64,000 nucleotides of DNA from Ostreococcus lucimarinus (taxonomy: Eukaryota): NCBI GenBank assembly GCA_000092065.1, contig CP000593.1, one strand, 5' to 3'. Positions 48,300 to 56,677 of the stretch are shown piece after piece (positions within the stretch are counted from its first letter, which is position 1; each line of letters starts with the position of its first letter). Under the pieces are notes generated by a model. It made no database searches, had not been told where the DNA came from, and saw only the letters and a program-made list of their open reading frames with translations. The position numbers and the translations under genes were made by a program.

Positions 48300-49340
48300 C
48301 TACGCGAGTTCTTGGCAACGTGCGAGCACGCGCGCAAACTTCTCGCCCTCTTCTATGTCTACAATTAATTCACCACAATCTTCTCCTCGCCAAGGCGTGG
48401 CGCTCGGCGGAAGCACGATACCAGTGGCCCACAGAAACAAGCCGTCCTCGTGAGCGCGCGACGCGTAATCGTACTTGACGTCGCCGAGGATGGGAGCGCA
48501 GAGCGCTTTGGCGTGGCGCCGAAGCTGATGCGTGCGCCCAGTTTTCGGGAAAAAATCAATCAACGTCAAGATACCGCCGTATTCCTCGCTTTCGTACTCG
48601 CGCACGACGCTATATTCGGTGAGCGCCTCCAGACCGCCGAGCGGGACGTCGACCACCCCCTTCTTCGATTCGACGCGTCCTCGCAGCACCGCCCGATACC
48701 TTTTCCGCACTTCTCGCTTCTCGAACGCCGCCGACAGCGCCGTCATCGCCATCCGCGTCTTCGCGCACACCAGCAATCCTCCCGTGAGTTCGTCCAACCG
48801 ATGCACCGGCCGAGGCCTCGACAACGCGCCTTCGACGCCCTCCGGCGTCGGCGTCAGCGCCGTCGCGCACAGCCGCTCCGCGCTCCACTTCATCGGATCG
48901 CTTCCCTTCCCCACGCTCACGCAGTCATCCGGCTTCACCATGATCGCAAAGTGTGGGTCGTCCCGCGCCAGCGCGACGGCTCTCTCGCCCGCTCTGTGCG
49001 CCGCCGCAACCGGCGAGGACGGTCGAATCCGCGCCAGCACCTCGACCACGTCCCCGTCCGCGACCGCGTCCCCGACCGAGCGCACCGTTCCGTTCACGAG
49101 CACATTCTTCCGTCGTATCTCTCGCTTCGCGCTCGTCGCGCTCGCGTATTCGCTCGGCAGGTGCGCGCGCAGCGCGTCGCTCAGCGCGACCGTCGCCCCG
49201 CGCTCGCCCGCGCCGGCGTCCACGCGCGCGACGAACGTCCGCGCGACGCCGTACGCGCTTCGCGAGGGCGCGCGCGCGCGCGCGTTCGTCGCGTTCGTCG
49301 CGCGCGTCGCGTTCGTCGCGGCGCGCGCGCCGCGAAGCAT
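48300..49340 (-). CDS. RluA-family pseudouridine synthase with an R/A/T-rich presequence
   Basis: VHRLDELTGGLLVCAKT (catalytic Asp motif HRLD..TSG.L) and FFPKTGRTHQLRRHAKALCAPILGDVKYD (motif III). S4-like segment before the catalytic domain. Confidence 0.8.
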   Translation of the reverse strand: MLRGARAATNATRATNATNARARAPSRSAYGVARTFVARVDAGAGERGATVALSDALRAHLPSEYASATSAKREIRRKNVLVNGTVRSVGDAVADGDVVEVLARIRPSSPVAAAHRAGERAVALARDDPHFAIMVKPDDCVSVGKGSDPMKWSAERLCATALTPTPEGVEGALSRPRPVHRLDELTGGLLVCAKTRMAMTALSAAFEKREVRKRYRAVLRGRVESKKGVVDVPLGGLEALTEYSVVREYESEEYGGILTLIDFFPKTGRTHQLRRHAKALCAPILGDVKYDYASRAHEDGLFLWATGIVLPPSATPWRGEDCGELIVDIEEGEKFARVLARCQELA

Positions 49341-49456
49341 CGGCGCGACGCGCGCGAGAGTGCGGCGTCGTCACGACTCGGCGCGCGCGCGGCGCGGCGC
49401 GCGGCGAGCGAATCGACGTCGGCGCGCGAATCGACGTCGCGCGCGGGACGCGAGGC

Positions 49457-51577
49457 ATGCCGTTCGCGCGGCTGAGGAGCGCGGCGACGGCGGCGACGAC
49501 GGCGACGACGGGGACGATCGGGAATTCTGCATCGGCGCGAGCGATGGCGAAGCGCGCGGCGATGGAAGCGACGAAAGGCGCGGCGACGATGACGGTGGAC
49601 GCGAAGACGAGCGTGACGTCGAACGCGACGGTGCGCGCGCTGGAATTCGTCGTGAAAGCGGTGCGGTGGTTGATTCGGGCGACGACGACGCAAATCGCGG
49701 TGGCGACGGCGACGACGGCGATCGGATTCGTCCTCGGGGCGATGCTCACGGTGTGGAGTAAGCGCACGAGGGATAAAGACTACGTGAGACGAGTGCTGAT
49801 AAGTCGTCGCAGGCGAAAGGATGCGGATGCATCGCCCTCGTTGACGTGGTTGGAGAGCGTGCGAGCGAAGAAGGAGTTGGAGACGAACGAACAGGATCAG
49901 ATACACTTTAAGGATGAATTTAAGACGTTATTCAACACGTATTCGCCGAAATGGACGGAAGACGCGTCGTTCAATCGCGTGCATTGGCTCAATCGAGTGA
50001 TCGACGCGGCTTGGCCGAACATTGACACCGGGGTGAGCAAGACGGTGAAGGAGAGTGTCGAGCCGATTTTACGCGACATGCTTCCCGAGAGCGTGACTTG
50101 GATTGGTTTTGAGAAATTTACACTCGGTCCGCGCGCACCGACGCTTTGTGGGATTCGCTCGCACTCGTCTCACATGGAGAATTCCATCTTGGACATCGAG
50201 CTCACGTGGGCTTCGTCGTGCGAAATCATCGTCACGTTGTACGCGTTTGGGATACGATTTCCGGTGTCTTTACGCCAGCTTCAGCTGAAGTGCTTGGTGC
50301 AAGTGACTTTTGATCCGTTGGTAGATATCATTCCATGTCTCGGTGCGATCGAAGCTTGCTTGATGGGTATGCCTGAGATTTTGGACTTTGGATTGTTCCT
50401 TCCGGGCGGAATCGATCTCATGGCGCTCCCCTTCATGCACGGTTTCGTCAAGCGCACCGTGAAATCGTCCATCGAGAAGATGCTCTTATATCCTTATAAA
50501 CTGCACATACCCATAATGGAGGCCAGCGGTATCGAGGAGTCTTCGACGGGGATGATGCGAATTAGATTCCTGAAGGGAAATGCGTTCTACAAGCGACGCA
50601 ACTATAGCCGCCTCTCGCGCAAGAAAGGCAAGGCTTCTTCGCTGATGCGAAACATGCTCAAATCGGACAATTACTTTATCAAGTATTGGACTCGCGAGCA
50701 GCGCCAGCTGAGTACACCACCGCGTTTAGGAGACGCACCGAGCTGGGATGGCGTCGAAGACTCGTTTGTGTTGTGCGATCGAGAAACTCCCTTGACGTTC
50801 CGCCTCCTTAAACAGGGCGCCGAGCGTATCTCCAACTATGGCGAGGCATCGATCACGTGCGGAGAAATCGCCGATCGCGGGCCAGGTCCGATTGTTCTCG
50901 AACTCCCTTTCATCGATCCAACGTACTACAAGAAAGAGTGCCCACTCGAGTATTTCGCCGCCGCCGACGGCTACACGCACGAACAAATCATGACTCGCAG
51001 CAACGAAATCACCGAGTGGCACAAAAAAAGCGAAGAAGAAGCGGATGAGGCGCGCATGAAATACTTTTACCGATGCATCGAGGAACAGAACAAGACGAAA
51101 ACACCTGGTGGGAAAAAGTTCATGCACCCGACGATGACAGTCGAGCTCGAGTACATCGACACCGGCGCTCCGGATGAATTCGATGAGGATTACGAGCAAG
51201 GTTTGCTCACCGTCGAACTTCTCGAAGGTCGCAATTTGCTTCGTGTCAAGGACTTGCCGCCGAATCCCATGGCTCACGTGTCTTGTGCAAAGCAAACGTA
51301 CACGAGTGCGCGCAAATTGAAGACTTCGCAGCCCAAGTTCAACGAACGTTTCGTCTTTTACAACGTCATTCCAGACGTCGACCCGCTCAGAATCGAAATC
51401 AGAGGTTTTGAAGTCTCGCTCGGCTTTGTGGAGATCGACGTCTCACTCGTCCGCCAAAACGTCATAATGAAGGACGTTTTCAAGCTTCAAGGCGTAGCCA
51501 AGGGTGAGATCGAACTTTTGCTCCAGTACGCTCCGATGTCCACGAAAAACGCGGTCCACCGCATCCCGGTCTTGTAA
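49457..51577 (+). CDS. Extended-synaptotagmin/tricalbin-like lipid-transfer protein (TM anchor, SMP domain, C2 domain)
   Basis: SMP: FNRVHWLNRVIDAAWPNIDTGVSKTVKESVEPILRDMLPESVTWIGFEKFTLGPRAPTLCGIRSH...LQLKCLVQVTFDPLVDIIPCLGAIEA. C2: GLLTVELLEGRNLLRVKDL...PKFNERFVFYNV. The first ~168 codons of ORF 48953 are antisense shadow of the RluA gene; ATG at 49457. Confidence 0.8.
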   Translation: MPFARLRSAATAATTATTGTIGNSASARAMAKRAAMEATKGAATMTVDAKTSVTSNATVRALEFVVKAVRWLIRATTTQIAVATATTAIGFVLGAMLTVWSKRTRDKDYVRRVLISRRRRKDADASPSLTWLESVRAKKELETNEQDQIHFKDEFKTLFNTYSPKWTEDASFNRVHWLNRVIDAAWPNIDTGVSKTVKESVEPILRDMLPESVTWIGFEKFTLGPRAPTLCGIRSHSSHMENSILDIELTWASSCEIIVTLYAFGIRFPVSLRQLQLKCLVQVTFDPLVDIIPCLGAIEACLMGMPEILDFGLFLPGGIDLMALPFMHGFVKRTVKSSIEKMLLYPYKLHIPIMEASGIEESSTGMMRIRFLKGNAFYKRRNYSRLSRKKGKASSLMRNMLKSDNYFIKYWTREQRQLSTPPRLGDAPSWDGVEDSFVLCDRETPLTFRLLKQGAERISNYGEASITCGEIADRGPGPIVLELPFIDPTYYKKECPLEYFAAADGYTHEQIMTRSNEITEWHKKSEEEADEARMKYFYRCIEEQNKTKTPGGKKFMHPTMTVELEYIDTGAPDEFDEDYEQGLLTVELLEGRNLLRVKDLPPNPMAHVSCAKQTYTSARKLKTSQPKFNERFVFYNVIPDVDPLRIEIRGFEVSLGFVEIDVSLVRQNVIMKDVFKLQGVAKGEIELLLQYAPMSTKNAVHRIPVL

Positions 51578-51649
51578 ATCACCATAATCGCGTCATTCCG
51601 CGCCTCCTCGACGACGCTCGCGCTCGTCGCGCCCCGCTAGCCGCGCGTC

Positions 51650-52693
51650 ATGCCTCCGACGATGCGTTTCGAGCACTCGAGCCCGACCGCGCGGCTATTT
51701 CACTCTCCCGCGACGGTGAAACCGAGCACGTGGTCGACGGGGGAAAGAACGCTTGACGATTCATCTTCAACCGCCGTCGACGAACTCGACGCCGCGTCCT
51801 ACGCCCGCGTGCTCGAACGAAGAATCGCGGAGCTGGAAGAAATCGTGGAAAAAACGCGAAATACCACCGGTGATGGGAAGTACGCGGCGATGGAGGCGAA
51901 GTGCGCGGCGTTGCGGGCGGAGAATGCGAGGCTCAAGGCGACGACGTCGACCGCGGCGCCGCTCCGAGACGTGACGAACGGCTCGCGAGCGCGGGAATCG
52001 ACGCCGATGCGAGCGTTGAAGAGTCGATTGAGTGAATCCACGGCGGCGATGGCGGTCGAGAACGAACTGCGGGTGGAGTTGGCGAAGGCGAAATCGACGG
52101 CGGCGGCGGAGAGCGCCCGCGCGGAGAAGCGGTTTAATAAAGCTTTGGAGACGGCGTCTGAAAACGAAGAGTGGCTGGCGAGCGCGCTTCGAGCAAAATG
52201 TGATGAAGTTGAAAAGAGTGAGGCGAAGAGGCGAGGCATGGACGCGAGAATGGGCGAATTACAAGACGCCTTGCGCGTCAGCGAATCGCGTCTTCGCGAG
52301 GCGTTGAACAACCTCGATGAATATCGCGCAGAGGTCAAATCGTCCATCAAACGCGAGAAAAAGCACGCAAAAATCATGCACGACAAGTATAAGGCGTGTA
52401 AGCGTGAAAGAGCGCAGCTTGAAGCGGAAGTTGACGCGCTGCGTGAACTCGCGTCGACGCCTCCGCCGGATGCGACGCCCGGGTCGGTTTCCTACACCCG
52501 CGCCGCGGAATCCGCCGTCAAAATCGCATCATTCGCGATGGAATTCGCGATGGAGTACCCTTCCCCATTCGCCGCTTTCGCCGTGGCTTTATTCCACGCC
52601 TTATCTTGGCTCTTTCTTCGCCGCGGACCTTCCAGTGTCCTCGCGCCCCCCGAGCGCTTCGACGTCTCCGGCTTCCTCACCGTTTTCCCTTAG
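51650..52693 (+). CDS. Coiled-coil protein with a C-terminal hydrophobic tail-anchor-like segment (hypothetical)
   Basis: Long alpha-helical E/K/R/A heptads (RIAELEEIVEKTRN...KCAALRAENARLKA...). C-terminal FAAFAVALFHALSWLFL. Confidence 0.45.
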   Translation: MPPTMRFEHSSPTARLFHSPATVKPSTWSTGERTLDDSSSTAVDELDAASYARVLERRIAELEEIVEKTRNTTGDGKYAAMEAKCAALRAENARLKATTSTAAPLRDVTNGSRARESTPMRALKSRLSESTAAMAVENELRVELAKAKSTAAAESARAEKRFNKALETASENEEWLASALRAKCDEVEKSEAKRRGMDARMGELQDALRVSESRLREALNNLDEYRAEVKSSIKREKKHAKIMHDKYKACKRERAQLEAEVDALRELASTPPPDATPGSVSYTRAAESAVKIASFAMEFAMEYPSPFAAFAVALFHALSWLFLRRGPSSVLAPPERFDVSGFLTVFP

Positions 52694-52830
52694 TCTCTCT
52701 CTTCCTATCTCCCTCGTGTCGTCGCATTCATTATTAATTTATATCCTTTCGAACGCGCGTCGTCGTCCCTCGCGCGTCGTCGTCCCTCGCGACGTCCCGC
52801 TCGCGCGGCCTCGCCTCGCGTCCCGAGGGC

Positions 52831-52848
52831 TGACGTCAGCCGACGTCA
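52831..52848. promoter_or_regulatory. Tandem TGACGTCA / GACGTCA (CRE/C-box-like, bZIP-type) motifs ~65 bp upstream of the 52909 gene
   Basis: gggcTGACGTCAgccGACGTCAcgc. Confidence 0.35.
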
Positions 52849-52908
52849 CGCATCCACCGCGCGCTTCACAATCCGTCGCGCGCCGCGAACGCGCCCGACG
52901 CCGATCGA

Positions 52909-53877
52909 ATGCACGCCGCGATGACGCACGCGATGACGCGCGCGATGCCGCCCGCGCGCGCGGCGCCCGCGCGTCGCGCGACGACGACGACGACGACGGC
53001 GCGTCGCGTCTTATCCGCTCGGTCCGCCGTCCGCGCGCGCGCGAGCGCGGCGATCGCGAGCCCGGACGCGCGCGCGAAGGAGGCGCAGGCGTGGATCGAC
53101 GCGTGGAAGAGCGGCGCGAGCGCGGGCGCGGCGGGCGCGGCGGGCGCGGCGGCGGCGGCGACGACGACGACGTTTGAGCTGCGCCGCGGGTCTCGAAAGG
53201 TGTCCGACGAAAAGGAAGCCGCGCTGCTGAGCACGACGTCGTTCGGCACGATCGGTCTGAGCGTTGGATTGCCTCTGCTGCTGTACGGGTTCTGCGCGTA
53301 CTTTTCGTTCCTGCCGGGGGCGGACATCTCGGCGTTGATGTTGATTTACGGCTTTCCGATTTCGCTCATCGGCTTCGCGCTGAAGTACGCCGAGTTGGAA
53401 CCGTTGAAGCTCGTGACGTACGAGGACGCTTTGAAAGTGCGGGAGGAACAAACGACGCCGATCTTGACTCAAGTGCGAGGGGACGTGACGCGATACAGAT
53501 ACGGAGATGAGCAACATTTGGAGGAGGCGCTGAAGATTATTTTCCGCTTCAACCGACCGGGCGGTTTGCGAAGAAACCAAGCCCCCGAGCTCGTGGGGTT
53601 GTCCGAACAGATCATCAACGATCGTTACGCGTTGTGCCTCGAGTTCGATTCGCCCAAGATGGACTTCACCGAGTGGACCGATCGCGTGAGCAAGATTACG
53701 ACGTTTTTCGGTCCGGGCGTCATCGCCGCGGCGACGCGCATCGACGGCGACGAGCACAAGGTTGAGATCGCGTTGATCACCACCGGCGAGGGCGGCGGGG
53801 AGATGCAAGACATGGAAGTCTTACCTCCGCTCGCCCCTGGACAACCCGCTCGATACGTCAAGCGCGGTACCGCGTAA
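52909..53877 (+). CDS. Two-TM protein with a transit-peptide-like N-terminus and a conserved soluble C-terminal domain (plastid-lineage type, unassigned)
   Basis: T/R/A-rich N-terminus, then GLSVGLPLLLYGFCAYFSFLPGADISALMLIYGFPISLIGFALKYAELEPL, then a non-repetitive C-terminus (RFNRPGGLRRNQAPELVGLSEQIINDRYALCLEFDSPKMDFTEW). Confidence 0.5.
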   Translation: MHAAMTHAMTRAMPPARAAPARRATTTTTTARRVLSARSAVRARASAAIASPDARAKEAQAWIDAWKSGASAGAAGAAGAAAAATTTTFELRRGSRKVSDEKEAALLSTTSFGTIGLSVGLPLLLYGFCAYFSFLPGADISALMLIYGFPISLIGFALKYAELEPLKLVTYEDALKVREEQTTPILTQVRGDVTRYRYGDEQHLEEALKIIFRFNRPGGLRRNQAPELVGLSEQIINDRYALCLEFDSPKMDFTEWTDRVSKITTFFGPGVIAAATRIDGDEHKVEIALITTGEGGGEMQDMEVLPPLAPGQPARYVKRGTA

Positions 53878-53944
53878 TAAAATCCTTTGTAGTACACGAC
53901 ACCGATTCGCCTCGACTCGCCGCAGACGCCGCCTCGCGCGCGCG

Positions 53945-55546
53945 ATGACCGCGCCCGATCTCTCCCGCTTCGACGAAGGCTCGAGCGATGAGGACGATTT
54001 CATCGCTCGCGTGCGCGCGCGCGAGCTCGCCGAGGGCGCCGACGACGCGAGCGCCGCCGCCGACGCGTCGCCGCCGACGACGAGCGGCGGCGGCGGCGAC
54101 GATAAAACCGACGCCGACGCGCGCGTGAGCGCGAATCGCGCGTCCAAGCTCGAACGCGCGCGAGAAAAGAAGCGCAAGGCCAAGCAAGCGCGCGCAAAAC
54201 GGCGTAAACTGGAAGAGGGACGACCGCGAGGAACGGACGAGACGGAAGGCGGCGGCGACGCGGCGAACGCCGACGACGAAGACAAGGTGTTCCACGGCAC
54301 GTTTAACGTCGAGGGCGTGGTGATGAACGACGAATTAGTGCTCGTGGATAAAAAGTCTAAAGCCGTGTACTCGAGCACGGAGCGTACGGCGAATGGGGAA
54401 CACGTCAGGATCGGGACGTGGGACGACGCGACGCAGAGCTATACGTATTGGAAACCGGCGGAGAAGAAAAAGGATGAGAGAAAAGAGAAAGGGGCGGTTT
54501 TGAACGAGCGTGGGGAGACGATACCGGCGATCTTTAAGGGGAACGCGAAGTTAGCGGAAGAATTTAAGGCGCCGGCGGAGGTAGAGCATCCGTTCGAGAC
54601 GGACGCGGACGACCACTGCGAGACGTCGCCTGAGGCGCACGAAAACGTAGCGAATTTCTTAAAGGCGGCGTGCGGGCGCTTGAATAAAACGCCCGCCGAC
54701 CTGGTGATTTATGACCCTTACTACTGCGCCGGAGGTACGCGAAGGAACTTGGCTTTGATTGGATTCACGAACGTCATCAATCGCAACGAAGATTTTTACA
54801 AAGTCATCGAAGAGGGGCGCGTGCCCGAGCACGACGTCTTCCTGACAAATCCACCGTACTCTGCTGACCACATAGAGAAGTGCGTGACGTTTGCGGCAGA
54901 AAATCTTGCTGCACACGGCCGTCCGTACATGCTGCTCTTGCCCTCGTACGTCATTCACAAGGATTACTACCTGCCCGCGTTGCTCACGGGCGGCTCGCGA
55001 GGGAAGGAAAAGGCGAAATCGCTCGAGCTTCAGCGCAAAGACGAGGAAAACAACGAAGATGACGTCGAGGAGAATGACGATGGTATCAAGCGTCACGGTG
55101 GTGGTGCCGCTCGAGCGCAAATCTTGCCATTCTACATCGCGCCGAAGAAGCGTTATTATTATTGGACACCCAAGGCGATGGTGAAGGCGCGCGCCGCCAA
55201 AGGTCAAAGCGAAGAAAGCGCCAAGGCGCGTCGCAAGCGAACGCACATAGGCGCCCTGGGTGAACGTACCTCACCGTTTCTGTCGTTCTGGTACTGCTGT
55301 TTCGGGTCGATGCAGCGCGATGTGTTGGCGTGGCACAAAAAGTTGCCTCGTAGCGAAGTTTGGGGGTACGTGGTGGCGCGACACCCGAACGATTTGCCGC
55401 TCGCCGTGCTAGACGAATGGGATCCGCGCAGGATCGCCGCCATGGAAAAAGCCAAGGCTGATGGAGTGGAAATCCCGCAGCTTAGTTCGTACGCCGGTTT
55501 TACCGGCGCCGCGCAATCCCCAGCCAAGAAGAAATTCTACAAATGA
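53945..55546 (+). CDS. Putative amino-group (N6-adenine/N2-guanine class) methyltransferase-like protein with acidic/KR-rich flanks
   Basis: DLVIYDPYYCAGGT (DPxCGxG-like motif I) followed 43 aa later by FLTNPPYS (motif IV NPPY). N-terminus has nuclear-localisation-like KKRKAKQARAKRRK. Function is inferred only from these motifs. Confidence 0.5.
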   Translation: MTAPDLSRFDEGSSDEDDFIARVRARELAEGADDASAAADASPPTTSGGGGDDKTDADARVSANRASKLERAREKKRKAKQARAKRRKLEEGRPRGTDETEGGGDAANADDEDKVFHGTFNVEGVVMNDELVLVDKKSKAVYSSTERTANGEHVRIGTWDDATQSYTYWKPAEKKKDERKEKGAVLNERGETIPAIFKGNAKLAEEFKAPAEVEHPFETDADDHCETSPEAHENVANFLKAACGRLNKTPADLVIYDPYYCAGGTRRNLALIGFTNVINRNEDFYKVIEEGRVPEHDVFLTNPPYSADHIEKCVTFAAENLAAHGRPYMLLLPSYVIHKDYYLPALLTGGSRGKEKAKSLELQRKDEENNEDDVEENDDGIKRHGGGAARAQILPFYIAPKKRYYYWTPKAMVKARAAKGQSEESAKARRKRTHIGALGERTSPFLSFWYCCFGSMQRDVLAWHKKLPRSEVWGYVVARHPNDLPLAVLDEWDPRRIAAMEKAKADGVEIPQLSSYAGFTGAAQSPAKKKFYK

Positions 55547-55701
55547 AATCGTTTTACAAGCCTGCGTTTTATAATGCACAAATGCCTATAGATAGAATAC
55601 AACACGAACACATTATCACTCGTTCTCCATGCCACACGCGTACACGAGCATCGCTGCGCGCGTAGAGCGTGGAAAACCACCGGAGGTGAGTCTATGAACC
55701 G

Positions 55702-56461
55702 TTAAGCTTTGAACCTTCGAGTCGCGAAAACGAGCGCCTCTACACGCGAAGAATGGTTAGAAACAAACGCCGTTCGACGACGAACGCGCGCGCGCGCGAC
55801 GACAACACACGCACCTTGCACCGACATCGGAAGCTCTGAAATATCGACCGAGATATCTTCCGCGAAGATCGGCAAATCGCACAGCGTGAAGAGCAAATTT
55901 GGTTCCTCTGAGATCGCGTAAATCGTATCCTCGTCGCTCTCCGAAGCCCAAATCCGCGTGATGCACGCTTGCGTGCGCCGTATGCGATCTTCCAAATCGT
56001 CACACATCAACAGTTTCGGACAATCCATCACCATGGCGCTAATCTTTCCCACCTTAAACGCCCCTCGCAGCGTCAACAAGTTCGCCGTCGCCCTCGCGAT
56101 GTCGCACGTCGCCACCTCCGTGCACCGCCCCACGAGCGCGCCCACGTTCATTCCCGGCACCCCTCCCAGCGCGCGCTCCAACCGATCGAACTGCACCATC
56201 AACTTTTCGACGTCTTGAAAGTACGCGTCCCCGATGTACAGCTCCCTCGCCGCGCGCTCCGCGTCGAGCGTTCGCGCGCCCTTCCCCTTCAAAAACTCCT
56301 CCACCCGCACGCACTCGAACGCCGCGCCGCGTCCGTCGCCCGCGTCGAACGTTCGCGCGAGCTCCGCGCGCGCCTGTTCGTTCGCCATTCGCGCGGCCTC
56401 GGCGAGGATCTCTCTCGCTTCGTCGATCGCCGCGCGCAGTTCGTCCTCTCGCATGCGTCCA

Positions 56462-56493
<32 letters not shown>

Positions 56494-56604
56494 CGCGCGC
56501 GCGCGCGCGACGCGCGTCGCTCGACGACCGCCCTTTCGCGCGCGTCGCCTCGCGCGCGCGCGCGTCGGCGCCGCCGCGGCCGCGCGTCCGCGCGCGCGCG
56601 ACAT
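55702..56604 (-). CDS. mTERF-domain protein (organellar transcription termination factor family) with presequence and a poly-Asp tract
   Basis: Repeated mTERF-like modules (GMNVGALVGRCTEVATCDIARATANLLTLRGAFKVGKISAMVMDCPKLLMCDDLEDRIRRTQACITRIW). 11 Asp encoded by (GTC)11 at 56463-56493. The start is ambiguous; candidates are the ATGs complementary to 56604 or 56454. Confidence 0.55.
56463..56493. repeat. (GTC)n/(GAC)n microsatellite encoding poly-Asp
   Basis: gtcgtcgtc... with about 10-11 units. Confidence 0.9.
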
Positions 56605-56677
56605 CGTGCGGCGTCGCGCTTCGCGGCGTCGCACTTCGCGGCGCGCGCGCGGACGATCGACGCGCGCGACGCGCGCC

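Noticed and set aside
48450-49906. ORFs 48450..49475+, 48532..49761+, 48925..49767-, 49181..49906-
   Set aside because: Shadows of the RluA gene and the 5' part of the SMP-C2 gene. Extreme Arg/Ala content.
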